DNA from: Candidatus Electronema halotolerans
Lineage (GTDB): Bacteria; Desulfobacterota; Desulfobulbia; Desulfobulbales; Desulfobulbaceae
DNA: 32,000 nt
Assembly: GCA_942493095.1 (NCBI GenBank)
Contig: OW818675.1
Span: 450,001-482,000 of the forward strand
Direction: 5' to 3'
Each line of letters starts with the position of its first letter. Position 1 is the stretch's first letter. Below the pieces are notes generated by a model, which was given only the letters and a program-made list of their open reading frames with translations, was not told the DNA's origin and did no database searches. Positions 7,824 through 18,219 of the stretch are shown in pieces. The position numbers and the translations under genes were made by a program.

Positions 7824-9020
7824 ATGAACGTGAACAAGATTGTGCTCGCCTATTCCGGCGGGCTGGACACCTCGGTCATTCTCAAATGGCTGGCCGAGGA
7901 ATATCAGTGCCCGGTGATTGCCTATGCGGCAGATGTGGGCCAGCAGGAGGACTGGGAGGCGGTGCGGAAAAAGGGCATGGCCACGGGTGCGGAAAAGGTC
8001 ATTGTTTCTGACCTGCGCGAGGAGTTTGTCCGCGACTACATCTTCCCAGCTTTCCGGGCCAATGCCATTTATGAAGGCTCGTATCTGCTTGGCACCTCGC
8101 TGGCCCGCCCGGTGATTGCCAAGGAGCAGGTGCGCATTGCCGAGCAGGAGGGCGCGGATGCGGTCAGCCACGGCGCGACTGGCAAGGGCAATGATCAGGT
8201 GCGCTTTGAGCTGACCTATCTGGCCCTCAATCCCAAGCTGCACATCATTGCTCCGTGGCGGATCTGGACGCTCAACTCCCGCACCAAGCTGATGGAGTTT
8301 GCCGAGCAGCACGGCATTCCAGTGCCGACCACCAAGAAAAGCCCGTACAGCTCAGACGAGAACCTGCTCCACATCAGCTTTGAGGGCGGTATTCTTGAAG
8401 ACCCGTGGAACGAGCCAGAAGAGTCGATGTTCAAGCTCTCGGTCTCGCCGGAAAAGGCACCTGATCAGCCGACCTATCTGGAGCTGGATTTTGAGCAGGG
8501 CAGTCCAGTGGCCATTGACGGCGAACGGCTCAGTCCGGTTGCGCTGTTGAGTAAACTGAACACGCTGGGCGGCGCGAATGGCATTGGCCGCTTGGACATG
8601 GTCGAGAACCGCTTTGTCGGCATCAAGTCACGCGGGGTCTATGAGACACCGGGCGGCACCATCCTCCGGGCCGCGCACCGCGATTTGGAAACCATCACCC
8701 TTGACCGCGAGGTGCTGCGCCTGCGCGACAGCCTTGTGCCGGAATATTCGCGCCTGATCTACAACGGCTTCTGGTTCTCGCCGGAGCGGGTGCTGCTCCA
8801 GCAGCTCATGGACGAGAGCCAGCTACCGGTCAACGGCACGGTCCGGCTCAAGCTCTACAAGGGCAATTGCACGCCGGTCGGGCGCAAGTCGGCCAACTCG
8901 CTCTATTCCGAAGCCCATGCCACCTTTGAGGCGGATCAGGTCTATAATCAGGCGGATGCGGGCGGCTTCATCCGCCTCAACGCCATGCGCTTGCAAATCC
9001 AAGCCCTGAACCGGAAATAA
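7824..9020 (+). CDS. argG: Argininosuccinate synthase
   Basis: [65 protein letters not shown]. The track start at 7776 adds a non-homologous-looking 16-aa extension, so 7824 is preferred. Confidence 0.95.
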   Translation: MNVNKIVLAYSGGLDTSVILKWLAEEYQCPVIAYAADVGQQEDWEAVRKKGMATGAEKVIVSDLREEFVRDYIFPAFRANAIYEGSYLLGTSLARPVIAKEQVRIAEQEGADAVSHGATGKGNDQVRFELTYLALNPKLHIIAPWRIWTLNSRTKLMEFAEQHGIPVPTTKKSPYSSDENLLHISFEGGILEDPWNEPEESMFKLSVSPEKAPDQPTYLELDFEQGSPVAIDGERLSPVALLSKLNTLGGANGIGRLDMVENRFVGIKSRGVYETPGGTILRAAHRDLETITLDREVLRLRDSLVPEYSRLIYNGFWFSPERVLLQQLMDESQLPVNGTVRLKLYKGNCTPVGRKSANSLYSEAHATFEADQVYNQADAGGFIRLNAMRLQIQALNRK

Positions 9021-9023
9021 GCG

Positions 9024-10439
9024 ATGGCAGATATGACGTGCAACCCGGAGCGGCACAGCTCCGGCAAACTCTGGGGCGGCCGCTTTGCCGAGCAGACCGC
9101 CGCCTCAGTGGAGAGTTTCAGCGAGTCGATCAGCTATGACTGGCGGCTTTACCGGCATGACATCATGGGTTCCAAGGCTCATGCCAAGATGCTGGCCAAG
9201 CAGGGCCTGATCAGCGCGGCAGAGCGGGATGCGATCCTCACCGGCCTGAGCGAGATTGAAGCGGAGATTGCAGAGGGCCGCTTTCAGTTCCGGGTGGAGC
9301 TGGAAGACATCCACATGAATATTGAAAAGGCACTGACTGACAAGATCGGCGCGGCAGGGGCAAAGCTGCACACGGCCCGCAGCCGCAATGATCAGGTGGC
9401 CTTGGACATCCGCCTGTATCTGCGTGACGAGGCCGTCTGCTTGGATGGGCTGCTGGCTGAGGTGCAGCGCGGCTTTGTCCGCCAAGCACGGGCTAATTTC
9501 GGCGCAGTCATGCCGGGCTACACCCATCTCCAGCGGGCGCAGCCAGTCCTGCTTGCCCATCATCTGCTCGCCTACGTGGAGATGTTCAGCAGAGACCGGG
9601 ACCGGCTGACTGACTGCCTGAAGCGGCTCAATGTGCTGCCGCTTGGGTCAGCAGCCTTGGCTGGCACCGGCCTGCCCATTGATCGGGAATTTGTCGCCCA
9701 CGAGCTGGGCTTTGCCAAGGTCTCGGCTAATTCGATGGACAGCACGGCTGACCGCGACTTTGCCTTGGAATTCCTCTTCTGCCTGAGCCTGACCCAGCTC
9801 CACCTCAGCAGGATGGCGGAAGAGTTTGTCCTTTGGTCGTCCAAGGAGTTCGGCTTTCTCAAGATCGGCGATGACTACTGCACTGGCTCCTCGATCATGC
9901 CGCAGAAGAAGAACCCAGACATCCCGGAGCTGATCCGGGGCAAAAGCGGGCGGGTGGCAGGTGCGCTGGTTTCTCTGCTGATGACCATGAAGGGCCTGCC
10001 CATGACCTATAACCGGGACATGCAGGAGGACAAGGAGCAGCTTTTTGATGCGCTCGACACGGTCAAGGCCAGCCTGAGCATCTCTGCCGAGCTGCTGGCG
10101 CACAGCAGCTTTAACCGCGAGCGGATGCAGGCGGCCACACGCGGCGGCTTTGTCACAGCCACGGATCTGGCGGATTATTTAGTCAAGAAGAACCTGCCCT
10201 TCCGGCAGGCGCACCGGGTGGTGGGCGAGATCGTCGCCTATTGCCAAAAGCGCGATGTTGAGCTGGACGAGCTGCGCCTCGATGAGCTGCGCCGCTTCTC
10301 TGATCTGATTGACGAGGATGTCTTTGCAGTTCTTTCTGTGGAAGGCTCGGTGAGCAGCCGGGTTTCTGCTGGCGGCACTGCCGGGGCCAGAGTGGCTGAG
10401 GCCCTTGCGCGTGCGGAACACCAACTGGGGATAGCATGA
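9024..10439 (+). CDS. argH: Argininosuccinate lyase
   Basis: KLWGGRFAEQT, HTARSRNDQVALDIRLYLRD, GYTHLQRAQPVLLAHHLLAY, fumarase-superfamily signature GSSIMPQKKNPD. Confidence 0.96.
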   Translation: MADMTCNPERHSSGKLWGGRFAEQTAASVESFSESISYDWRLYRHDIMGSKAHAKMLAKQGLISAAERDAILTGLSEIEAEIAEGRFQFRVELEDIHMNIEKALTDKIGAAGAKLHTARSRNDQVALDIRLYLRDEAVCLDGLLAEVQRGFVRQARANFGAVMPGYTHLQRAQPVLLAHHLLAYVEMFSRDRDRLTDCLKRLNVLPLGSAALAGTGLPIDREFVAHELGFAKVSANSMDSTADRDFALEFLFCLSLTQLHLSRMAEEFVLWSSKEFGFLKIGDDYCTGSSIMPQKKNPDIPELIRGKSGRVAGALVSLLMTMKGLPMTYNRDMQEDKEQLFDALDTVKASLSISAELLAHSSFNRERMQAATRGGFVTATDLADYLVKKNLPFRQAHRVVGEIVAYCQKRDVELDELRLDELRRFSDLIDEDVFAVLSVEGSVSSRVSAGGTAGARVAEALARAEHQLGIA

Positions 10440-11476
10440 TGAAGACAATGATGCAGGCGGTTTCTCTGTTCTGCTGCTGGACAGCGGCCCTGCTGCTGGG
10501 CGGCTGCGGCTACAAGACCCTGCCCGTGGCTCCGCAGGCCAGCACGCCCCGGCCTGTGACCGACTTGAGCTGTGAGCTGACCGGCACAGGAGCGGTTCTC
10601 CGCTGGACCTATCCAAAAGAAACTGCTGGTGGTGAAGATTTGCAGGAAATCGGTTCGTTCCAGCTTTACCGGGCCGAGCTGCCGGAAGATGATTACTGCG
10701 AGACCTGCCCAATTCCCTTTGGCAGCCCGATCAGTCTGCCCGGCGGCATCCTGCCGGACAAGGGCAGCAGACAGGGCAGCTGGGAAACAGACTCGCTGCG
10801 ACCGGGCCGGATGTACTTTTTCATGCTCCGCAGCCGAAGCGGCTGGCTGGCTGAGTCAGGGGACTCCAACATTGTTTCTTTTGTCTGGGAGACTCCGCCT
10901 GCCGCGCCAGGCGACCTGACTGCCAAGGCTGGAGACGGCCAGATCAGTTTGCGCTGGCAGCCAGTCACCACCCGCTTTGACGGCAGCCCGCTGCGGTCGC
11001 CAGTCAAGTATCAGCTTGCCCGCAGCACGGACGGCGGCCCGTTCGCTCAGATCGGCGGTCAGCTTGTCACACCGTACTACACAGACAAGGAAGTGCAAAA
11101 TGGCCGCAAATACGCCTACCGGGTGCAGGCTCTTGCAGGCGCAGTGGGCGGCGGCTACAGTCTGACTGTTGCAACTGGCGTAATTGACCGCACTCCGCCG
11201 GAGCCGCCGACCAATGTCAAGGCAGTGCGCACCGCTGCTTCGGTCAAGGTCTATTGGGATCAGAGCGAGGAAAAGGATGTGGCTGGCTATCGCGTTTATC
11301 GCCGTCTTGACCAAGGCGAGCCTGAACTGCTCGGCAAGGTTATGGAGCCATACAACCTGTACGAAGACAAGAATCCGCCTGCCAAGGGCAGCAAGGCGTG
11401 GTACTCGGTGAGCAGCTTTGATCTGAGCAGTCCACCCAACGAGAGTCAGCGGTCTGACGAGGCCAGCCTGCGCTGA
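10436..11476 (+). CDS. Putative lipoprotein with fibronectin type III-like domains
   Basis: Signal peptide with lipobox LLGGC; two FN3-like modules (PPAAPGDLTAKAGDGQISLRWQPV..., PPEPPTNVKAVRTAASVKVYWDQSEEKDVAGYRVYRR). Overlaps argH by ATGA. Confidence 0.8.
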   Translation: MMKTMMQAVSLFCCWTAALLLGGCGYKTLPVAPQASTPRPVTDLSCELTGTGAVLRWTYPKETAGGEDLQEIGSFQLYRAELPEDDYCETCPIPFGSPISLPGGILPDKGSRQGSWETDSLRPGRMYFFMLRSRSGWLAESGDSNIVSFVWETPPAAPGDLTAKAGDGQISLRWQPVTTRFDGSPLRSPVKYQLARSTDGGPFAQIGGQLVTPYYTDKEVQNGRKYAYRVQALAGAVGGGYSLTVATGVIDRTPPEPPTNVKAVRTAASVKVYWDQSEEKDVAGYRVYRRLDQGEPELLGKVMEPYNLYEDKNPPAKGSKAWYSVSSFDLSSPPNESQRSDEASLR

Positions 11477-11488
11477 TTTTCTGCTCTC

Positions 11489-11522
11489 CCGGCAGGATGG
11501 GCTGTCTTGCCATCTCTGCCGG
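11489..11522 (+). terminator. Strong hairpin after the argGH-lipoprotein operon (possible terminator without U-tract)
   Basis: CCGGCAG-GATGG-gctgtcttg-CCATC-t-CTGCCGG, 12 bp of stem with one bulge, 13 bp after the stop codon; no T-run follows. Confidence 0.4.
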
Positions 11523-11626
11523 AACAGGATATATTGTCCGGCTGAAGCACTGGCAGGGCAGCAGAGGTTCCGCTGCCCTGCTGATTTTTCCGGCTTGTCA
11601 GTTTGCAGGAGGACTGATTTATCTGA

Positions 11627-11845
11627 ATGCGCCGATCATTACCATTGAAGCCCTTTGCAAAGGAATCGGAGTTGCAGGGCTTTGACAAAGGCAGCAAGGC
11701 GGTGCTGATGTCGTTGGATGAATTCAATTCTTGGCAGGAAATGCTGTATTTGCTTTCCAATCCTGCTAATGCGGAGCATCTGCGCCGGTCGCTTCAGGAA
11801 GCCAGAGAAGGCAAGGGAATTGAGCGGGAGCTGATTGATCCATGA
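11627..11845 (+). pseudogene. YefM/Phd-type antitoxin remnant (C-terminal part intact, N-terminus apparently frame-disrupted)
   Basis: KAVLMSLDEFNSWQEMLYLLSNPANAEHLRRSLQEAREGKGIERELID is YefM-like. The expected upstream N-[H]-A-P-[IV]-I-T segment appears in another frame (LNAPIITI...). Confidence 0.6.
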
Positions 11846-11976
11846 AGCTGCTGTTTATTGAATCTGGCCGCACGAGCAGGATAGTTGCCCAGCTACCTTG
11901 TATTTGGAAGGTGAAGAAATTGATAAAAAATACAGTGTGCTGGTTCTTAGACAATTATACGGTAACAAAGAAATAA
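11842..11976 (+). pseudogene. Possible remnant of the paired RelE/YoeB-type toxin
   Basis: Short ORF MKLLFIESG...KK of 44 aa starting in an ATGA overlap with the antitoxin remnant. The first residues resemble YoeB starts; the rest does not form a full toxin. Confidence 0.25.
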
Positions 11977-11981
11977 CTACT

Positions 11982-12464
11982 ATGGACGAGAAAATAATTG
12001 CCGCGATTATTGGTGGAGTTGCTGGATTTATAACTTCGTATTTGACTACTAAGTTAAAAAATAAGCAAGAATTGGAGATTTGGAATAGCGATTTTGCTGT
12101 AAATTATTCCAAATTACTTTTTGAGAATCCAAAAGCTGCTGTTCAGCTCGCAAGACAATTCTCAGTTGGACTGATTATCGTTCGCGATGGACAAGGTCAT
12201 ACGGCAAGTAAACACTTTATACCGTATCAATGTAAAGTTTCTATCGGAAGAAAAGAAGACAATGATATTGTCCTAACAGATAGACTCGTCTCACGTGATC
12301 ATGGTGTTTTCTTTTACCGTGGAAATAAAGTAATGTTTCAGGAATTTTATTCTGTAAACAAGACTCTTCTAAACGGGAAACCAATAAACAAGATTTGCTG
12401 TTTAAAATCCGGCGACAAGATAAAAATTGGCAATATTCTACTAGAATTTGAAGAATTAAAGTAA
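11982..12464 (+). CDS. Small membrane-anchored FHA-domain protein
   Basis: N-terminal TM ([17 protein letters not shown]) and FHA core [52 protein letters not shown]...[17 protein letters not shown]. Start taken at MDEKIIAA. Visibly AT-rich compared with flanks. Confidence 0.7.
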   Translation: MDEKIIAAIIGGVAGFITSYLTTKLKNKQELEIWNSDFAVNYSKLLFENPKAAVQLARQFSVGLIIVRDGQGHTASKHFIPYQCKVSIGRKEDNDIVLTDRLVSRDHGVFFYRGNKVMFQEFYSVNKTLLNGKPINKICCLKSGDKIKIGNILLEFEELK

Positions 12465-12523
12465 ACATTATGCTGAAAAAACATCAAGTTTTTTTGAATC
12501 TCTCCCCGACAAACACAACTCAC

Positions 12524-14308
12524 ATGGACTCACTCGGCGCGCTGCGGCGCACACATAACTGCAACACGCTTGGCCTAGACAACCTGAATCAGGAAGTCGT
12601 CCTCATGGGCTGGGTTCTTCGCCGCCGCGACCACGGCGGGGTTATCTTCATCGACCTTCGCGACCGCCACGGCATCACGCAGGTGGTCTTCAACCCGGAA
12701 ATCAATCCTGAGCCGCACGCCAAGGCGCACCAGCTCCGCTCTGAGTGGGTTCTGGCGGTCAAAGGCAAGGTTGAGGCCCGGCCCGGCGACATGGCCAATC
12801 CCAAGCTGCGAACCGGCCACATCGAGGTGCTGGTCAGCGAGCTGCGCATCCTCAACACCAGCAAGACTCCGCCTTTTCCGTTAGACGAGGACAGCGAGGT
12901 TTCTGACAACATCCGCCTCCAGTACCGCTATCTCGACCTGCGGAGGCCGGAAATCGGGGCCAATCTGATCATGCGGCACAAGGCGGCCTTGGCGGTACGC
13001 AACTATCTGAGCAGCAACGGCTTCTTGGAAATCGAAACGCCGATGCTGACTAAATCCACTCCCGAAGGGGCGCGGGATTATCTGGTGCCGAGCCGAGTTA
13101 ATGCGGGCAAATTTTATGCCCTGCCGCAGTCGCCGCAGCTCTTCAAGCAGCTCCTGATGATGGGCGGCATGGAACGCTACTTCCAGATTGTCAAATGTTT
13201 CCGAGATGAAGACCTGCGCGCCGACCGCCAGCCCGAATTCACCCAGATCGACCTTGAGCTGAGTTTTGTCGGCGAGGACGACATCATGGCCGTTGCCGAG
13301 GGTATGATCAAAAATGTCTTCGCGGCAACTCGCGGCATCGAGCTGAACCCGCCCTTTGCCCGCATGACCTACGCCGAAGCCATGTCCCGCTTCGGCAACG
13401 ACAAGCCCGACACCCGCTTCGGTATGGAATTAGTTGATTTGACCGAAAAACTGCGCGGCTGCGGTTTCAAGGTCTTCAACACGGTGATTGAAAATGGCGG
13501 TGCAGTCAAGGCGATCAATGCCAAAGGCTGCGGCACGTTCTCGCGCAAAGACTTGGACGATCTGACTGATTATGCAGGTAATTTCGGGGCCAAGGGCATG
13601 GCCTGGATCAAAGTCAAGGAAGACGAGTGGCAGTCGCCGATCACCAAGTTTTTCAGCGAGGCCGAGATTGCGGCCATGCGCGATGCCTTGGATGCCGAGC
13701 CGGGCGACCTGATCCTGTTCGGCGCGGACAGCTCAGTTGTCGTGCATCAGGTGCTTTCCGAGCTGCGCCTTGAGCTGGGCCGCCGCCTTGGCCTGATGGA
13801 CAGCAATGTCTTCAATTTCCTCTGGGTTACGGATTTTCCGCTGGTCGAGTACGACAGCGAGCGCAAACGGCACGTCGCTCTGCACCACCCCTTCACCTCG
13901 CCCTTTGAGGAAGACCTTGACCTACTCGAAAGCGAACCGCTCAAGGTGCGCAGTCGGGCCTACGACCTCGTCCTCAACGGCAGCGAGATCGGCGGCGGCT
14001 CCATCCGTATTCACAGCTCGGAGATGCAGGCGCGGCTGCTCAAGGTGCTGGGCATCGGCGCAGAAGAGGCCGAGGAGAAGTTCGGCTTCCTGCTCCGCGC
14101 CTTGGAATACGGCGCGCCCCCGCACGGCGGCATTGCGTTCGGCCTCGACCGCCTGATGATGCTCCTCACCGGGTCCAGTTCCATCCGCGACGTGATCGCC
14201 TTCCCCAAGACCCAGAAGGCCACCTGCCCGCTCACCGATGCCCCGTCCTCGGTTGAGCGCAAGCAGCTTACTGAACTGCATCTCCGGCCGGATTGGAAGG
14301 AGAACTGA
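12524..14308 (+). CDS. aspS: Aspartyl-tRNA synthetase
   Basis: LRRTHNC...[84 protein letters not shown] could start at 12470; MDSLGALRR at 12524 looks like the family N-terminus. Confidence 0.93.
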   Translation: MDSLGALRRTHNCNTLGLDNLNQEVVLMGWVLRRRDHGGVIFIDLRDRHGITQVVFNPEINPEPHAKAHQLRSEWVLAVKGKVEARPGDMANPKLRTGHIEVLVSELRILNTSKTPPFPLDEDSEVSDNIRLQYRYLDLRRPEIGANLIMRHKAALAVRNYLSSNGFLEIETPMLTKSTPEGARDYLVPSRVNAGKFYALPQSPQLFKQLLMMGGMERYFQIVKCFRDEDLRADRQPEFTQIDLELSFVGEDDIMAVAEGMIKNVFAATRGIELNPPFARMTYAEAMSRFGNDKPDTRFGMELVDLTEKLRGCGFKVFNTVIENGGAVKAINAKGCGTFSRKDLDDLTDYAGNFGAKGMAWIKVKEDEWQSPITKFFSEAEIAAMRDALDAEPGDLILFGADSSVVVHQVLSELRLELGRRLGLMDSNVFNFLWVTDFPLVEYDSERKRHVALHHPFTSPFEEDLDLLESEPLKVRSRAYDLVLNGSEIGGGSIRIHSSEMQARLLKVLGIGAEEAEEKFGFLLRALEYGAPPHGGIAFGLDRLMMLLTGSSSIRDVIAFPKTQKATCPLTDAPSSVERKQLTELHLRPDWKEN

Positions 14309-14441
14309 GCCGCACTGCCCGCCTTCAAGCCTCCCGGTTCCGGTGTTTTTGCCGGGGCCGGGTGATAGTCCGTGAGGATGAATTCATCGACCGGGTGAAA
14401 CGGCTGGAGCAGCGCATGGCTGCATTAAGTGCCGCTCATGC

Positions 14442-15641
14442 TCATAGCTGCGCCGCCTTCTTCAGAGCGGCCAGCAGCGCATCCCGTCTGCTTTCGCTTA
14501 ACTTGACCGGCACCTGATAAACTAAAGTCCGGTTCATCAGCTCACTGGAAGCGGGCAGGGCCTGCGGATCATACATCACCCTGCGCTTGCCGTGCGCTGC
14601 AAAGGGCCAGCCGCTCCTGCACAGGGTCCTGCCGTCCAGCAAGTGCTCCCACGAGGGATAGAAATGCCACGTGTTTTCGCCGAAGCAGATTGCGCCCGCA
14701 TTGTTCTCGCGCAGCACCTGATTGATTTGCGCGGCCCGCGCCTTGTCCGGCAGGATGAAGGCAAGGAATGTGGCGGAATCGCCCTGCTCATCGAGCAGCT
14801 CGCGGAAGCTGACTCCGCTGATCTTGGCCGCAGCCTCTTTCAAAATGGCCTTGTTCTTCTGCTGCCCGGCGACAATCATGTCCAATTTTGCCAGCTGCGC
14901 CAGACCGATGGCTCCTTGCAGCTCCATCATCCGGTAGTTGAAGCCGATGAAGCGGCGGCCCTCGCCGCCCCGCCCGCCGGGATTGACGACGTGATCATGG
15001 CCATGATCATGATATTCCGAGCAGTTGCGCCACAGCTCCTCGTCGTTGCTGATTACCATGCCGCCTTCGCCGGTGGTCATGGTTTTGACCGCATCAAAAG
15101 AAAAGGTGCCGAACTGGCCAAAGGTGCCGAGATGCTGGCCGTGCAGCCGCGCTCCGGCAGCTTGGGCCGTGTCCTCAATCACCGGAATGCCGTGCTTGTC
15201 AGCAATCGCCTTGATTTCTTTGATCCGGGCCGGTGCGCCGAGCATGTGAACCGGGATGATGGCCTTGGTCTTTTCGGTGATCTTTTTTTCCAAGTCTGCC
15301 GGGTCCATGTTCAAGGTCTGATCAACCTCGGTGAAGACCGGCTTTGCGCCGACATCAAAAATCGCCTCCCAGGTGGCGACAAAGGTGAAGCCCTGGGTGA
15401 TGACCTCATCGCCAATGCCCACGCCCAGCGCGGACAGGGCCACCTTGAGCGCGGCTGTGCCGGAGGTCACGGCCTGCGCATGAGCCGCGCCAGTGTAGGC
15501 AGCAAAGGCCTGCTCAAATTCGCGCACCTTGTAAATCCCCTTGCGCTGCTCACCGAACTCGTAGCGGAACAGGACTCCAGTGTCAAAGACCTGGAGAGCC
15601 TGCTGTTTTTCCTCTTCGCCAAAGACTTCAAAACCAGGCAT
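14442..15641 (-). CDS. DegT/DnrJ/EryC1/StrS family PLP-dependent aminotransferase
   Basis: SGTAALKVALSALGVGIGDEVITQGFTFVATWEAI, PVIEDTAQAAGARLHGQHLGTFGQFGTFSFDAVKTMTTGEGGMV, FNYRMMELQGAIGLAQL. Confidence 0.9.
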   Translation of the reverse strand: MPGFEVFGEEEKQQALQVFDTGVLFRYEFGEQRKGIYKVREFEQAFAAYTGAAHAQAVTSGTAALKVALSALGVGIGDEVITQGFTFVATWEAIFDVGAKPVFTEVDQTLNMDPADLEKKITEKTKAIIPVHMLGAPARIKEIKAIADKHGIPVIEDTAQAAGARLHGQHLGTFGQFGTFSFDAVKTMTTGEGGMVISNDEELWRNCSEYHDHGHDHVVNPGGRGGEGRRFIGFNYRMMELQGAIGLAQLAKLDMIVAGQQKNKAILKEAAAKISGVSFRELLDEQGDSATFLAFILPDKARAAQINQVLRENNAGAICFGENTWHFYPSWEHLLDGRTLCRSGWPFAAHGKRRVMYDPQALPASSELMNRTLVYQVPVKLSESRRDALLAALKKAAQL

Positions 15642-15723
15642 GGTTGCTCCTTGCTGTATGGGTTGTCAGGTTCAAGCCGGGCTTGCAGTGTAAACCCTGT
15701 TCATCTGAAAAGGAAGAGGAATT

Positions 15724-17850
15724 TCAGAGGACTTCCTCTTCGTCCTCTCTCTCGGCATCCGGCAGCAGCAGAACATCCTCCTCCTGATACCGGATCAGCG
15801 GCCAGAGCACATTGCCGATGGACATGAAGCAGCCTAAATAGAAAATGCCCATGGCTGCGGCAATGCCGAAATGGAGCAGCCAGACTCCTGGGATAATAGA
15901 CATTCCCGGCGCGATGCTGATGACAAAGTTGCGCTTCATGGTCGCCTCGAATTCGTCCGCCGCCTCGAACAGGGCGGGCAGCCTGCTGAGGCTCCCATCC
16001 ATGAAGATCACCTGGGCTGTGTCCGTGGCCGCAGTGGAAGCGCCTTTCAGAGAAACCGAGACCTGCGCGGTCTTCAGGGCCACGGCATCGTTGATCCCGT
16101 CGCCGACAAAACAGACAAAACGGCCCTTTTGTTTCAGCCGCCTCACATAATCAGCCTTGTTTTCCGGCAGGACCTCGGCGAAATATTCCTCAATGCCGAG
16201 CCGTTCCGCCATAGCCCGGGTCGGCGCCTCATGATCGCCGGACAGGATGCAGCAGTGGATGCCCCGGTCTTCCAGAAACTGAATCACTTCAGCTGCTTCG
16301 GGACGCACTGTCGGCTCCAGCTCCAGAACACCGGCGACCTGACCGTCAATGCCGACATAGACCAAGGAATGCCCCTCAGCTTCGGCCTGCTCCCGGAGGA
16401 CGGAAGCTGTAGGGGGCATTCTGATGCCTTCGCGTTCCAGGAAACGGGCACTGCCGACTTGAATCACCCGGCTCTCCGTCCGCACCTTGATGCCGTAGCC
16501 CACCTCGTATCCGGCATCTTCCAAGTCCGGCAGAACGGTCTGCTCCGCCTCGGCCTTGGCGACTATGGCCCGGGCGACAGGATGGGGCTGGCGGCGCTCG
16601 GCGGCGGCGGCATAGCGCAGCAGTGTTTTCTGATCAAAACCGTTCAGGACATGAACCGCCTTCACAGTCGGCTGATCAAGGGTCAGCGTGCCGGTCTTGT
16701 CAAAGACCACCGTGTCCACATCCCGGAGTGATTCCAGCACCCTGCCGTCCTTGACCAGAATGCTGCCGCGTGAGAGCAGCTGGAGATGAGTGAGCACGGT
16801 GAGCGAGCCTGCGGGTGCCATTGTTCCGCCTAAGCTCGACCACATGACGGCCAAGGCGGCATCAGTCCCCAGCATGGACAGCGTGATCGCGGCGATGCCC
16901 AGATTGAGCGGCAGCAGACCGTCGGATATTTCTCTGCCCCGGCTGATCATGGTGTTCTTGTAACTCTGCGTCTGGTTGAGAATAGTGCCGATCTGCGCGG
17001 CCATAGTCGTGCTGCCCGCGCCGGTCACTTCGATTTCCAGACGGCCAGAGAGGAGGAGTGTGGAGGCGAAGACCTCATCTCCGACAGATTTTTCCGCAGG
17101 CTGGCTCTCGCCGGTGAGCAGGTGCTGGTCCGCCTGACCTTCACCGCGCCGGATACGTCCGTCCGCAGGAATCACTTCACCGGCATTGACGACCACGATG
17201 TCGCCCTGTTCAAGGCTGTGAAAATCAACCTGAATCTCAACCCCGTCCCTGATCAGCCAGACCTGTTCGGGATGACCGCTGAACACGCTGATCAGCTGCT
17301 GCTGCGAGTCGTCCTCGACCCGGTTGACGATCCCGGCGAAAAAATTCCCCATCACGCCGCCGAAGGCCGCTAAGATCAGATGTCCGGCACTGATCATGGC
17401 CAGCAGCATGAGCAGGCCAAGCAGGTAGATGCTGAAGTAACGTCTGCGCTTGAAATCTTTCCAAATCAGCGAAAAGGTCTCCCGCGACAGATAGAGCACT
17501 GCTAAGACTCCGACCCCGGTCAGTGCCGGAAACCATCCACTCAACACGGCCAGCCCGAACGCGCCCACGGAGAGCCGCATCTCCCGACGGTTCTTCCGCC
17601 GCGTCTTTTCCAGTTCTTTGCGCTGTTCCGGATCAATGTCCATCTGCAGCCGCTGCCGGTCCTCATCCTTCAAGGCTCGATACACATCCCGGAGCAGCTG
17701 CTTGGGACGGAGCGGACGGGCAGCCTTGGGACGGAGATGGCTTGTTCTCACTTTCCTCGTATTCTCGTGCTGTTCCGATTTTTTCGGCAGAGGCCTTTTC
17801 TTGTTCCACAGAGCGGCCCCGCCGCCGAGAAGCAGCATTTCAAGGATCAT
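15724..17850 (-). CDS. P-type ATPase, P1B-like but atypical (no CPx motif)
   Basis: HLLTGES, VVFDKTGTLTLD, QPHPVARAI (P1B-type HP dipeptide), VGDGINDAVAL. No N-terminal CxxC HMA domain and no CPC/SPC/TPC/CPH motif in the TM segment before DKTGT. Confidence 0.85.
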   Translation of the reverse strand: MILEMLLLGGGAALWNKKRPLPKKSEQHENTRKVRTSHLRPKAARPLRPKQLLRDVYRALKDEDRQRLQMDIDPEQRKELEKTRRKNRREMRLSVGAFGLAVLSGWFPALTGVGVLAVLYLSRETFSLIWKDFKRRRYFSIYLLGLLMLLAMISAGHLILAAFGGVMGNFFAGIVNRVEDDSQQQLISVFSGHPEQVWLIRDGVEIQVDFHSLEQGDIVVVNAGEVIPADGRIRRGEGQADQHLLTGESQPAEKSVGDEVFASTLLLSGRLEIEVTGAGSTTMAAQIGTILNQTQSYKNTMISRGREISDGLLPLNLGIAAITLSMLGTDAALAVMWSSLGGTMAPAGSLTVLTHLQLLSRGSILVKDGRVLESLRDVDTVVFDKTGTLTLDQPTVKAVHVLNGFDQKTLLRYAAAAERRQPHPVARAIVAKAEAEQTVLPDLEDAGYEVGYGIKVRTESRVIQVGSARFLEREGIRMPPTASVLREQAEAEGHSLVYVGIDGQVAGVLELEPTVRPEAAEVIQFLEDRGIHCCILSGDHEAPTRAMAERLGIEEYFAEVLPENKADYVRRLKQKGRFVCFVGDGINDAVALKTAQVSVSLKGASTAATDTAQVIFMDGSLSRLPALFEAADEFEATMKRNFVISIAPGMSIIPGVWLLHFGIAAAMGIFYLGCFMSIGNVLWPLIRYQEEDVLLLPDAEREDEEEVL

Positions 17851-18157
17851 TGTTTCCTCAGTTCAGTAGATGTCAGGCCCCGTATGATAATATACAAGGA
17901 GCTGGTCGTTGTTCCGAGCTTGGGAAAGGATCAACGAGATATTGTCAGAACATGAACAGCCCGGTTTGTCATCATGAACATCACTCTGCACAAAAAAAGC
18001 GCGGACGACTCCTGCAATCCATCGGGAAATTCAGCAGTCAACGCTTTCTGAACGGAAGATCGCAGTGAAACATGGGGCATTTTGGCGCATTGACTGACAA
18101 GAGATCATCTGTTCTCAGTCTCTATGAACTTGAATACGGCTGGGCCAATGCGCCTGA

Positions 18158-18184
18158 TGAAAAGAAACCCGCTGTTCGGCGGGT
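18158..18184 (-). terminator. Rho-independent terminator downstream of the PilZ gene
   Basis: Minus strand: ACCCGC-cgaaca-GCGGGT followed by TTCTTTTC. Confidence 0.6.
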
Positions 18185-18219
18185 AATTGTGTTAAAAAAT
18201 AAATCTGTCCCTTTTTGAT

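Noticed and set aside
11982-12464. Defence or secretion island marked by the FHA gene
   Set aside because: Only one gene and a TA relic lie between argH's operon and aspS; no effector, kinase, helicase, nuclease or T6SS gene is present.
14592-15827. 411-aa plus-strand ORF opposite the DegT-family aminotransferase
   Set aside because: Shadow ORF; the minus-strand protein has full family motifs.
17870-18219. Possible small gene or sRNA in the gap between the P-type ATPase and PilZ genes
   Set aside because: Only a short antisense-derived ORF tail and the PilZ terminator hairpin could be recognised; nothing else supports a gene.
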